Assembly (NCBI RefSeq): GCF_963921235.1
Contig: NC_086097.1
Location: forward strand, 201,440,001 to 201,504,000
Reading direction: 5' to 3'
DNA length: 64,000 nucleotides
From: Mobula hypostoma
Taxonomy: Eukaryota
The notes beneath the pieces are model-generated. The model was not told the DNA's origin and ran no database searches. It saw only the letters and a list, made by a program, of their open reading frames with translations. The stretch's first letter is position 1; the number at the start of each line of letters is the position of its first letter. Below are positions 36,460 to 49,272 of this stretch, piece after piece. The position numbers were made by a program, and so were the translations under genes.

Positions 36460-39400
36460 AGTTATAGTCATAGAGTCATAGAAAAGTGCAGCACAGAAAC
36501 AGGCCCTTTGGCCCATTTAGTCCATGCCGACTATTTAAAATGCCTACTCCCATCGACCTGTACTGGTACCATAGCAGTCCATGCCCCTACCAACCATGTA
36601 CCAATCCAAACTTCGCTTAAACATTGAAATTGAGCTTGCATGCACTAATTGTGCTGGCAGCTTGTTCCACACTCACAACCCACTGAGTGAAGAGGTTTTC
36701 CCTGATAGTCAACTTAAATTTTTCACCTTTCACCATTAACCAATGACCTCTGGTTGTAGTCCCTGGTCACCGACCTCCATGAAGAATATGAACTATCTAC
36801 AACCACCCTTTGGATCCCATGCCTCCTTACTTTCTGAATGAGCCTTACATGGGGAACCTTATCATGAGCTTTACATGGGAAACCTTATCAAATGCCTTAC
36901 TGAAATCCATAGACACTACATCCACTGCTCTACCCTCATGAATGTGTTTTGGTAGATCCTCAAAGAATTCAATCAGGGTCGTAAGGCATGACCTGCCCTT
37001 GACAAAGTCACATTGACTATCCCTAATCAGATTATCTCTCTCTAAATGCTCATAAATCCTGCCACTCAGGATCTTCTCCAACAGTTTGTCCACCACTTAA
37101 ATAAGACTCACCAGTCTATAATTTCCTGGGTTATCTCTACTCCCTTTCTTGAACAAGGGAACAACATTTACAACCTTCCAATCCGCTGGTATTTCTCCCA
37201 TCCCTATTGATGATGCAAAAATCATCACCAGAGGCTCAACAATCTCCTCCCTCACTTCCAACAGCAGCCTGGGATATATCTCATCCGGTCCTAGTGACTT
37301 ATCTAACTTGATGCTTTCAAAAGCTCCAGCATAACCGCATTCTTAATGTCTATATGCTCAAGCATTTCAGTCCGCTGTAAGTCATCCCAACAATTACCAA
37401 GTTCCTTTTCCCTGGTGAATACTGAAGCAAAGTATTCATTAAGTACCTCTGCTACCTCCTCTGACTCCATGCATACATGTCCACTGTCGCACCTGATTGG
37501 TCCTATTCTCACACTGCTCATCCTCTTTCGATAGGCCGAATGGCCTACTTCTCCTTTATCTTATGGTCTTATGGTCTTTCTGTTCACATACTTGTAGAGT
37601 GCCTTGGAGTTTTCCTTAATCCTGCTTGGCAAGGCCTTCTCATGGCCCCTTTTAGCTCTCCTAATTTCATTCTTAAGCTCCTTGGCATCACTGTAATTTT
37701 CTAGAGCTGTATCTGTACCTGGTTTCTTGAATGTTTTGTAAGCTTTTCTTCTTAACTAGATTTCTACATGCATTGTACACCATGGTTTTTTTACCCTTCT
37801 GTCCTTTCCCTGCCTCAATGGAACACACCTATGCAGAACGCCATGCAGCCACATTTCTGCTGTATATTTCCCTGAGAACATCTACTCCCAATTTATGCTT
37901 CTATATTCCTATCGAATAGCATCATATTTCCCCCTACCCCCAATTAAATGTTTTCCCAAATTGTCTGCTCATATCCCTCTCCAGCATTATGGTAAAGGGG
38001 ATAGAGTTGTGATCACTACCTAAAAATGTTTTCCCACCGAGAGATCTGACACCTGGCCAGGTTCATTTCCCAATACCAGATCAAGTACAGCCTCTCCTCT
38101 GGTTGGCTTATCTACATATTGCATCAGGAAACCTTCCTAAACATACCTAACAAACTCCACCCCATCTAAACCCCTTGCTCTAAGGAGATACCAGTCTGTA
38201 TTAGGAAAGTTAAAATCACCCATCTCAACAACCCTATTATTATTGCACAGTTCCAAAATCTGCCTCCCTATCTCCTCAATGTCTCTGTTACGATTGGGAG
38301 GTCTATTAAAAACACCCAGTAGAGTTATTGCCCCCTTCCTGTTTCTGACTTCCTCCACACTGACTCAGTAGACAACCCCTTCATGACTTCCTCCCTTTCT
38401 GCAACTGTGACACCATCCCTGATTAAATTGCCCCCACCTCTTTTGCCTCCCACCCTGTCCTTTTCAAACATCTAAAGCCTGGCACACTCAGCAGCCATTC
38501 CTGACCCTGAGATATCCAAGTCTCTGTAATAGATAGATAGATAGATATACTTTATTGATCCCGAGGGAAATTGGGATGCATTACAACTGCACCAACCAAG
38601 AATAGAGCATAAATGTAGCAATACAAAAACCACAAACAATCAAACAACAAAATGCAAATGATGCCAGGTGGAAAATAAGTCCGGGACTAGTCTATTGGCT
38701 CAGGGTGTCTGACCCTCCACGGGAGGAGCTGCAAGTTCGGTGGCCACAGGCAGGAACGACCTCCCGTGCTGCCCAGTGTTGTATTTCGGTGGAATGTGGC
38801 CGAAGTCCAATGGTAAGAAGTTCAATATCCGGTCTACAAACACGTTCCTCGATCGTAATATGACCCGGATTGCACCATCTGTTGTTAACCAGAACAGTAA
38901 GCACCTAACTCCTTTACGCTTACCGCTCTCAGTGCACTTCTGGTCAGCCGGAGCAGTCTGGAAGCTGTCCATGAAGAAGTTTTGATCGGGTATGTCTTCG
39001 TGCAGCCCAGTTCCAGTGAAACACATAACACTGCACTCCCGAAATGTTCTCTGACACCTGGCTAGCGCGTCGACATCATAGTTCCTTATATTGATCCATG
39101 CTGTAAGTTCATCCACCTTGTTTATTATTCTTCTTGCATTAAAATAGACATCTCAAACCATCTGGCTGAGTGCATCTTTGCTCAATCATCTGCTTATCCT
39201 TCCTCACAAACTCCATACAAGCTGTCTGTACTGGTACGTCAACTTTCCCATCATCTGCCTCTTCACTTCGGTTTCCACCCCGCTGCAAATCTAGTTTAAA
39301 TCCTCCCCAACAGCATTAGCAAACCTCCACCCCCACCCCCCCCGGCCAGGATATTGGCCCCCCCCTTGGATTCGTGCAACCCATACTTTTTGTAACAGGT

Positions 39401-40400
39401 CTCACCTGCCCCAGGAGAGGTCCCAATGATCCAGGAATCTGAATCCCTGTCTCTGCTCCAATTCCTCAGCCATACATTTATCTGCCATCTCACTCTGTTC
39501 CTGTACTCACTGTTGTATGGCACAGGCAGCAATCCCATGATTACTACCCTTGAGGTCCTGCTTCTCAGCTTCCTTCCGAAATCCCTGTATTCTGCTTTCA
39601 GGACCTCCCCACTTTTTCTACCTATGTTGTTGGTACCAATATGTACCACGTCTTCTGGCTCCTCACCCTTCAATTTAAGGATATTGCAGACGCATTCAGA
39701 AACATCATGAATCCCGGCACCTGGGAGGCAAACAACCATCTGTGTTTCTTTTTCACGCCCACAGAATCGCCTGTCTGTCCCACTGACTATAGAGTCCCCT
39801 ATTACTGCTGCCATCCTCTTCTGTTCCCTACCATTCTGAGCCACAGGGACAGCCTCAGTGCCAGAGGCACAGCCACTGTTGCTTCCCCCAGGTAGGTTAT
39901 CCCCCCAACAGTATTCAAAATGGAGTACTTATTGTTAAGGAGGAGGGCCACACGGGTGCTCTCCACTACCTGACACTCTCCTTTCCTGACAGTCATCCAC
40001 TTATCTGTCTCCTGTGGTCTAGTTGACTACCTGTCTGCAGCTCCTTTTAATCACCTCCTCACTTTCCCTAATAAGCCATAGGTCATCGACTGTATCTCAG
40101 TCTCTCAGGAGCTGCAGCTCGATGCACCTGGTGCAGATGTGGCCAAGAGAAAGGCTGGAATTTTCCAGGATATCCCACATCTGACACCCAGTGCAGAAAA
40201 CTGGCCCTGCAGTCATACCCACTATTCTTAAATTAGAGGAAAAAAGAGATATGAAGGTAACTTACCTCCTTACCTTGCCCAGGCTCAACCTCATCAAAGC
40301 CCCGATGAACCAAAGCCCTGCTACTCTGACTCGTGCTACTCCATCAACTGCCCCTTCGATGACTGCTCCACTAGGCAGTGTCTCCCTTTTATCCCAGAAC
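36460..40400 (-). mobile_element. Near full-length degenerate CR1 with deletions and nested insertions
   Basis: ORF1 VIGDSIV/HIGTNNIGR, APE MGDFNFP, RT DFSKAFDKV, 3' tail. Confidence 0.88.
38530..39072 (-). mobile_element. Internally deleted Rex1/Babar-like LINE (APE fused to 3' end) with (ATCT)n tail
   Basis: ECSVMCFTGTGL, VLVNNRWC, then RSFLPVA 3' end. Confidence 0.8.
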
Positions 40401-40434
40401 ATTCTCAGCGGTCTTGCACGATGACAAGCTACTG

Positions 40435-40620
40435 CATCTGCGCACTTCTCCCTAATTAATCTAGCACCTTGCACATTTTTGGGATATGGCAAGACACCAG
40501 AAGACCCAAAGGAAATTATGGGATCACGGGAAGAATGTGGATACTCAAAACAGACAGCACCGAAAGTCCACATTGAGCCCAGATCATTGGAGCTGTGAGG
40601 CAGCAATTCTACCAGCTGTA
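40435..40620 (-). mobile_element. Degenerate tRNA-derived SINE
   Basis: Complement of ggtagaattgctgcctcacagctccaatgatctgggctcaat. Confidence 0.65.
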
Positions 40621-40832
40621 AAATTGGGCTGGTTTAACAGTACCACAGTACCTCACAGTGTATACTTCCTCAAAGAAGAATTGGTGAATGATACAATAAT
40701 TCACAAATTAGAAAGAACAGGAAATCAGCAAACAAGGTGGGAGGAATAACTTGAAACAAAACTAAATTTACCTTTCATGTTTTCTGTCAGTTTTATTGGG
40801 AATCTGTAAATGGGTTGAGGATAGAGAGATTT

Positions 40833-41124
40833 TTTTTGCCGTGTGTCTGCATGCGTGTGCGTCTGTGTGTGCATGCGTCCGTGATGATGTCTTTTTCATG
40901 GCTTTTACAAGGTGCGGAGCGAGAGAGAGACTGTGTGGTGTGCAACTCCTCACACAGACATTTTCGCAGTATTTTTCCCTTTATTTTATGAGGTCCAGTT
41001 GTGATCTCGACACTCAACCTGGCACGGATGGAAAGTGTACTCGGGAGCGGACCCAACTGGTTTCGAACCTGGGAACCTCTGCTCCCGGGTCCGGCGCCGA
41101 TGTCATTGCGCCACCAGCCAGCCC
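40833..41124 (-). mobile_element. tRNA-derived SINE with A-tail and 16-bp TSD
   Basis: A box TGGCGCAATGA, B box GGTTCGAAACC; TSD gaggatagagagattt at 40817-40832 and 41125-41140. Confidence 0.85.
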
Positions 41125-43171
41125 GAGGATAGAGAGATTTCAAGTCAACATGGCAATCAGCTGTGCCCTCCCCCAACACCTTTCTGGACTCTTTCCATTC
41201 CTGTAAGATCTCCTACTTTTCTGACATCTGTTTTCTCTGACTAACTACAAGAGCTAAATTATTGTAGTTGCTTCCTGTTACTGAGCATCTAATACAAAAC
41301 CCTCTGTTGATAGGGCTTGCATCTCAAGATCTGATGTAGAATTTTTGCCCCAAGGCTTTCCTCCCACAGAAGCTGTACAGCCTGTTGAGTTCTTCCAGAA
41401 ATTGTTTGGTGTTTCATATCTGCATGTCCTCTCTGTTTCTATCTCGAGCATGTTACATAATTAACTCAGTGAAAACCTCATTGTGTCCATATTCCATTCA
41501 GTTTTTGAAATTTCCTCTTGACCAATCTACCATGAACATAAGCTGACTTAAAACCCTGCTGATCTCATTACAAATACTGTATGCTCCTCAGCTCAGTCTT
41601 TTGCTACCTTCAAGACTTATTTTAGCTTAAAATTAATATTATTTTGCTTTAAGCCCTCCATTAATTTGCTATTTCCTTCTTGTATTGATTCTTTATAATT
41701 CATTTTCATAATTTGGCCTTATTGAACATTACTCCAATCTTCCTCCATCATTATAAGCATATGGCAGAAGAGGGATGCCAGTGGAGTTACATGAGAAGCA
41801 CAGTGTCTGCCATGATGGATTGACAAACAGATTATGTATTTCTATTATATAATATGTACTTGTGTATAATCACAAATTTTGCCACTCTCCTCTCTTGGAA
41901 CAACTGGGAAGTCTTAACTGCTTAACCCAGCTTTCAGGAACCACACCTCACCACCACCACCTCCTCTCAAATCTATTTCTTAATACTTCTGGTTTGCAAT
42001 CAAGTGATATATTTTGCAACGTGTTTCCTTACCCAGAGAAGCATATAAAGGCATCCCATTTCACCTGATAATCAAAGTACTTTTGAAGTCTAATGAAGGG
42101 AGAGAAGCAGTTGCACACAGCAAAAATTACAAAGAACAATTGATTCAGAGCAGACAGCCTTTAAGTCCAATATCTGTATTACTCTTAACTTGAATACAAT
42201 GGGCAGGGTGAAATAAAAGCTTAAATTACTTTTTTTTTGAAGGCATGGAATTTATTTCTGTGCCTGTAAAGTTACAGTATATGATGTTTTTGCTAAAGTC
42301 ACAGAATAACTTTGACATTTACAGTATTTGCAAATTCAGATGAGGTAATGGATTTCATAAACCTGATCAGCTTCTTTAGTAGAGTAGTAGTGCCATTTTT
42401 GTAAAGAGGAAGCTCTTCCTTTGTTGCATGAAAACAAGGCCCTTTTCAACTACTCTGCGATGAGGAGTTCACAAATATTTCGACCACTACATGTTACTAG
42501 TTTGTCCTCAGGAACTGATCACCTTTTGTGGTATTCACACTGTCCCCTCTTCAGTGATAGAGCAAAGGGCTAAGTACACAGCCCTGTGATATCAAAAGGT
42601 TGAAGATGTCCGGAAACACTTCATCCAGTTATTGAACAAAAAATTATGCACGGCATGATCTGACTGTGTCAATGGATTACCATTTAAAATATAGAACCTT
42701 TTGAACCCATATTGTACAGCAGTTCAGTGTATAGAAAAGGTGTTCTTGCTTTAAACAATAAAATGCAATTACCGGTTTAGTTATACCACATATATTTCAG
42801 CGCTATGATTAGAACCTGACCACATGTCCAGCACTTGACCTCTGATGTTTTTTACTGTTAAAAAGTGATCCAGAAAAGATGGATCCTTTAACTAACATTA
42901 TGATAAATGCTGCTATGTAAACATGTACTTTGTAATCCTCTGTCTGAGGAAACCCGAGCTTTTCCAAGGTGACTACTTGGATTAAAACAAGTATTCAGAA
43001 ACTGCATCACTTTTTGAACAAGACTTTTTTTTTTGCTGCATCAACTATGTGTCTATGCTATGAAGCATGAAATGTGCATCCCTGTGTACAAATTGCGTTC
43101 TTAAATGAAAACTAAATTTACTTGAGTTCTGATGCATTAATGGCAGCAATCTGTCAGTATATCCCAAAGTT

Positions 43172-44170
43172 AGTTCGAAGTAAATTTATTATCAAAGTAT
43201 ATGTATATCACTATATACAACACTGAGATTCATTTTCTAGCAGGCATACTCAATAAATCCAAGAACCATAATAGAATCAATGAAAGACTGTGCCAACCAA
43301 TATGCAAAAAACAAACTGCAAATACAAAAGAAAAAAGAAATAATAATAATTATTATAAATAAATAAGCAATAAATATTGAGAACATGAGATGAAGAGTCC
43401 TTGAAAGTGAGTCCATAAGTTGTGGAAATAGTTCAGTAATGGGGCAAATGAAGCTGAGTGAAGTTAACCCCACTGTTTCAAGAGTCTGATGGTTGAGGGA
43501 TAATAACTTTTCATAAACTTGCTGATGTGGATCTTGAGGGACCTGTACCTTCTTCCTGATGGCAGCTGCAAGAAGAAAGCATGACCTGGGTAGTGGGAGT
43601 CCCTGATGATGGATGCCGCTTTCTTGTGACAGCAGTCCATGTAGATGTGCGCAATGGTGGGGAGAGCTTTACCCATGATGCATTGGTAAATGCATGATAC
43701 CCATGATACCTTTTGTAGGATTTTCCATTGAAAGGCGTTGATGTTTGCACACCTGGCTTTGATACTCTCCACCACACATCAATAGAAGTTTGTCAAAGTT
43801 TTAAATGTCATGCCGAATCTTCACAAATTTCTAAAGAAGTAGAGGCACTGCCACACTTTCTTCACAATTGTACTTGCATTCTGGGCACAGGACAGGTCCT
43901 CCGGAAGTATAAAACAGAGGAATTTAAAGTTGCTGATCCTCTCTACCTCTGAACCTCCAATGTGGATAGGCTCATGAACCTCAAATTTCCTCCTCCTTAT
44001 GTCATCCTTAGTCTTGCTGACAATTGAGTAAGAGGTTGTTGTGGCACCACTCAGCTAGATTTTTAATCATCTTCCTATATTCTGGTTCATCACCTCCTTT
44101 CCTTCTGCCTATGATACTGGTGTCATCAGCAAACTTAAATATGATATTGGATCCATGCTTAGCCACAGTT
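43172..44170 (-). mobile_element. Rex1/Babar-like LINE 3' fragment
   Basis: FKFADDTS, QLPSGRRYRS. Confidence 0.85.
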
Positions 44171-44244
44171 ACTTTTTGTTTGTGCAAGAAAGTTTGAATA
44201 GCAAATCTTGAAACCTTGGTCATTGCCTTTTGTCAGTGGGCAAA

Positions 44245-47200
44245 ATAGAACATAGAACATAGGAATAGTACAGCACAGTACAGGCCCTTCGGCCCACAAT
44301 GTTGTGCTGACCATCAAACTCTGCCTCCCATACAAGCCCCCACCTTAGATTCCTCCATATACCTGTCCAGTGACCTCTTAAACTTCACTAGTGTATCTGC
44401 CTCCACCACTGACTCAGGCAGTGCATTCCATGCACCAACCACTCTGAGTAAAAAACCTTCCTCTAATATCCCCCTTGAACTTTCCACCCCTTACCTTAAA
44501 GCTATGTCCTCTTGTATTGAACAGTGGTGCCCTGGGGAAGAGGCGCTGGCTATCCACTCTATCTATTCCTCTTATTACCTTGTACACCTCTATCATGTCT
44601 CCTCTCATCCTCCTTCTCTCCAAAGAGTAAAGCCCTAGCTCCCTTAATCTCTGATCATAATACATACTTTCTAAACCAGGCAGCATCCTGGTAAATCTCC
44701 TCTGTACCCTTTCCAATGCTTCCACATCCTTCCTATAGTGAGGTGACCAGAACTGGACACAGTACTCCAAGTGTGGCCTAACCAGAGTTTTATAGAGCTG
44801 CATCATTACATCGCGACTCTTAAACTCTATCCCTCGACTTATGAAGGCTAACACCCCATAAGCTTTCTTAACTACCCTATCCACCTGTGAGGCAACTTTC
44901 AAGGATCTGTGGACATGTACCCCGAGATCCCTCTGCTCCTCCACACTACCAAGTATCCTGCCATTTACTTTGTACTCTGCCTTGGAGTTTGTCCTTCCAA
45001 AGTGTACCACCTCACACTTCTCCGGATTGAACTCCATCTGGCACTTCTCAGCCCACTTCTGCATCCTATCAATGTCTCTCTGCAATCTTTGACAATCCTC
45101 TACACTATCTACAACACCACCAACCTTTGTGTCGTCTGCAAACTTGCCAACCCACCCTTCTACTCCCACATCCAGGTCGTTAATAAAAATCACGAGAAGT
45201 AGAAGTCCCAGAACAGATCTTTGTGGGACACCACTAGTCACAATCCTCCAATCTGAATGTACTCCCTCCACCACCACCCTCTATCTTCTGCAGGCAAGCC
45301 AATTCTGAATCCACCTGGCCAAACTTCCCTGGATCCCATGCCTTCTAACTTTCTGAATAAGCCTACCGTGTGGAACCTTGTCAAATGCCTTACTAAAATC
45401 CATATAGATCACATCCACTGCACTACCCTCATCTATATGCCTGGTCACCTCCTGAAAGAACTCTATCAGGCTTGTTAGACACTATCTGCCCTTCACAAAG
45501 CCATGCTGACTGTCCCTGATCAGACCATGATTCTCTAAATGCCTATAGATCCTATCTCTAAGAATCTTTTCCAACAGCTTTCCCACCACAGACGTAAGGC
45601 TCACTGGTCTGTAGTTACCCGGACCAGCCCTACTACCTTTTTTGAACAAGGGAACAACATTCGCCTCCCTCCAATCCTCCGGTACCATTCCCGTAGACAA
45701 CGAGGACATAAAGATCCTAGCCAGAGGCTCAGCAATCGCTTCTCTCGCCTCGTGGAGCAGCCTGGGGAATATTCCATCAGGCCCCGGGGACTTACCTGTC
45801 CTAATGTATTTTAACAACTCCAACACCTCCTGTCCCTTAATATCAACATGCTCCAGAACATCAACCTCACTCATATTGTCCTCACCATCATCAAGTTCCC
45901 TCTCATTGGTGAATACCGAAGAGAAGTATTCATTGAGGACCTCACTCACTTCCACAGCCTCCAGGCACATCTTCCCACCTTTATCTCTAATCGGTCCTAC
46001 CTTCACTCCTGTCATCCTTTTTTTCTTCACATAATTGAAGAATGCCTTGGGGTTTTCCTTTACCCTACTCGCCAAGGCCTTCTCATGCCCCCTTCTTGCT
46101 CTTCTCAGCCCCTTCTTGCTCTTCTCAGCCCCTTCTTAAGCTCCTTTCTTGCTTCCCTATATTCCTCAATAGACCCATCTGATCCTTGCTTCCTAAACCT
46201 CATGTATGCTGCCTTCTTCCACCTGACTAGATTTTCCACCTCACTTGTCACCCATGGTTCCTTCACCCTACCATTCTTTATCTTCCTCACCGGGACAAAT
46301 TTATCCCTTACATTCCTCAAGAGATCTCTAAACATCAACCACATGTCCATAGTACATTTCCCTGCAAAAACATCATCCCAATTCACGCCCGTAAGTTCTA
46401 GCCTTATAACCTCATAATTTGCCTTACCCACCCTTTCTGTAGCTGTAATAGTATCCCTGACAAGTAATGCCACCCCTCCTCCCCTTTTTCCACCCTCTCT
46501 ATCCCTTTTAAAGCACTGAAATCCAGGAATATTGAGAATCCATTCCTTCCCTGGTGCCAGCCAAGTCTCTGTAATGGCCACTACATCATACTTCCATGTA
46601 TGTATCCAATCTCTCAGTTTATCACCTTTGTTCCTGATGCTTCTTGCATTGAGGTACGCACATTTCAGCCCTTCTACCTGACTGTCTTTACACCATTTAT
46701 TCTGCTTCTCTTTCCTCAGAGCCTCTCTGTATGTTAGATCTGGCTTTACTCCATGCACTTCTTTCACTGCTCTATCGCCCTGGGTCCCACCCCCTCGCAA
46801 GTTAGTTTAAACCCTCCTGAACCATGCTAGCAAACGTACCTGCAAGGATATTGCTCCCCCTCGAGTTCAGGTGCAACCCATCCAATCTGTACAGATCCCA
46901 CCTTCCCCAGAAGAGATCCCAATGATCTAAAAATCTAAAACCCTGCTCCCTGCACCAACTCCTCAGCCACGCATTCAACTGCCATCTCCTCCAATTCTTA
47001 CCATCTCTGTCACGTAGCACTGGCAGCAATCCTGAGAACGTCACCCTTGAGGTCCTGTTCTTCAGCCTTCTGCCTAATTCCCAAAACTCACACTTCAGGA
47101 CCTCATCCCTCTTCCTGCCTATGTCATTGGTCCCAACGTGTATCACGACTTCTGGTTACTTTCCCTCTCGTACCAGGATGTTGTGCACCCGGTCAGAGAC

Positions 47201-48100
47201 ATCCCGGACCCTGGCACCCGGGAGGCAACAAACCATGCGGGTGTCCTTCTCCTGTCCACAAAATCTCCTGTCTGCTCCCCTGACTATAGAGTCTCCAATG
47301 ACGACAGCTCTCCTCTTCTCCGTCCCACCCTTCTGCACCACAGGATCAGACTCAGTGCCGGAGGCCCTGCCACCATGGCTCACACCTGGTCCGTCGTCCC
47401 TGCCAACAGTATCCAGGACGGTAAACTTATTATTCAGGGGAATGGCTACAGGGGTGCTCTGCACTACCTGTCTGCTCACCTTCGCTTTCCCCCCTCTGAC
47501 TGTCACCCAACGACCTGCTTCCGACAGCCTAGGTGTGACTACCTCCCTGTAGCTCTCATCTATGACTGCCTCATTCTCCCTTATGAGTCGAAGGTCATCC
47601 AGCTGCTGCTCCAGATTCCTTACACGGTCTTCAAGATTGCCCAGCCGTGTGCACTTCTGGCAGATGTGACTCTGCGGGAGAGGGGAGTTCCCCCAAGACT
47701 GCCACATCTCACATGAGAGGCACATCACCATCTCAGCAGACATTGTAAAAACTAACTGCGAGCAAGCTTGTCCTCCGCCTCTTCTCATCAAAGCCTCAAA
47801 GCTCCACTCCTTCACTGGCCCACTCACACACTAGCCACTTCGCTTGAGCTGTCCCTCTATTTATCTATTTGAGCTTTTCAAAATGTTTGGTCACCTGACC
47901 TCGACTGCCCAATCAGCTGCTTTCTGCTGAGTCTGAGCTATTCAAATCTTGATTGTCTAATCAACAGCTTTCTGCTGATCTATTCAAATCCTGATTGACT
48001 TGATTGCACAGACCAACTGCCAAAACTGCCAGAATCTCTCGAGTCAAAGCCTCAAAGCTCCACTCCTTCACTGGCCCACTCATGCACTGGCCGCTTTCCA
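44245..48100 (-). mobile_element. Near full-length CR1 LINE (ORF1 zinc finger + SGNH esterase; ORF2 with APE deletion)
   Basis: CLSCEMW...CQKC, VIGDSIVR, HVGTNDIG, DGLHLN; LNARSIRNK; RT motifs; 5' UTR repeat at ~47788 and ~48044. Confidence 0.95.
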
Positions 48101-48148
48101 CTTTATTTGAATATAATGCTCAAAAATCATTTATTAAGGAACATCATA

Positions 48149-48660
48149 CGAGGGGTGATTGATAAGTTTGTGGCCTGCGGTAGAAGGAATCAATGTTAGA
48201 AAACCTAGCACATTTATTTTTCCTACATAGTCCCCTCCTACATGTACACACTTAGTCCAGTGGTCATGAAGCATACGGATCTCTTCATTGTAGAAGTCGG
48301 CATCTTGGACCTCCAGAAAGTGGTCCTCAGCAGGGGTGATTGATAAGTTTATGGCCTAAGGTAGGAGGAGATGAGTTATTAACTTCAAACTTTCTGCATA
48401 ATCACTTAAAGAGTTGAACTGTACATGCATGTAATGAGAGCTGTATAACTCATCTCCTTCTACCTTAGGCCACAAACTTATCAATCACCCCTGTTGTGGA
48501 CCACTTTCTGGAGGTCCAAAGCGCTGACTTCTACAAAGAAGGGATCCGTATGCTCCACAACAGCTGGACTAAGTGTGTACATGTAGGAGGGGACTATGTT
48601 GAAAAATAAATAAATACATAAGCTTGTACCTTGCGCCACAAGCTTATCAATCACCCCTCG
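48149..48660. mobile_element. Tc1/mariner-type foldback MITE
   Basis: TA|CGAGGGGTGATTGATAAG...CTTATCAATCACCCCTCG|TA; the arms are inverted over most of the length. Confidence 0.9.
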
Positions 48661-48696
48661 TATGTGCATTGCAAACAATACAGCTGATAATTTTAA

Positions 48697-49272
48697 AACG
48701 CAAACACAAGGAAATCTGCAGATGCTGGAACTTCAAGCAACACATATAAACGTTACTGGTTAATGCAGCAGGCCAGGCTGCATCTCTAGGAAGAGGTACA
48801 GTCGACGTTTCGAGGTACAGTTGGGCTGAGACCTTTCATCAGGATTAACTGAAAGAAGAGCTAGTAAGAGATTTGACAGTGGGAGGGGCAGGGGGAGATC
48901 CCACCTCCCCTTTGTACCCCATCGGCCATTTATCTACATATACACACTCCCCTCTCTCTCTCTCTCCCTTCTCCCTCTGTCCCCCTCACCATACCCCTTG
49001 CCCATCCTCTGGGCTTTCCCCCCTCCCCCTTGTCTCACCACCCAGAGGGAGAAGGGAGAGAGAGAGAGAGGGGGAGTGTGTGTATGTAAATAAATGGCGG
49101 ATGGGGTACGAGGAGGAGGTGGGATCTCCCCCTCCCCCTCCCACTTTCAAATCTCTTACTATCTCTTCTTTCAGTTAGTCCTGACAAAGGGTCTCGGCCC
49201 GAAAAGTCCACTGTACCTCTTCCTAGAGATGCTGCCTGGCCTGCTGCATTCACCAGCAACTCTTACGTGTGT
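48697..49272. mobile_element. Rearranged Penelope-like pLTR element with inverted ends
   Basis: Same family as 1-364; hammerhead motifs damaged (CTGACAA at 49181; insertion at ~48812). Confidence 0.8.

Noticed and set aside
41040..41124. tRNA gene
   Set aside because: tRNA-like head belongs to a TSD-flanked SINE; no full cloverleaf seen.
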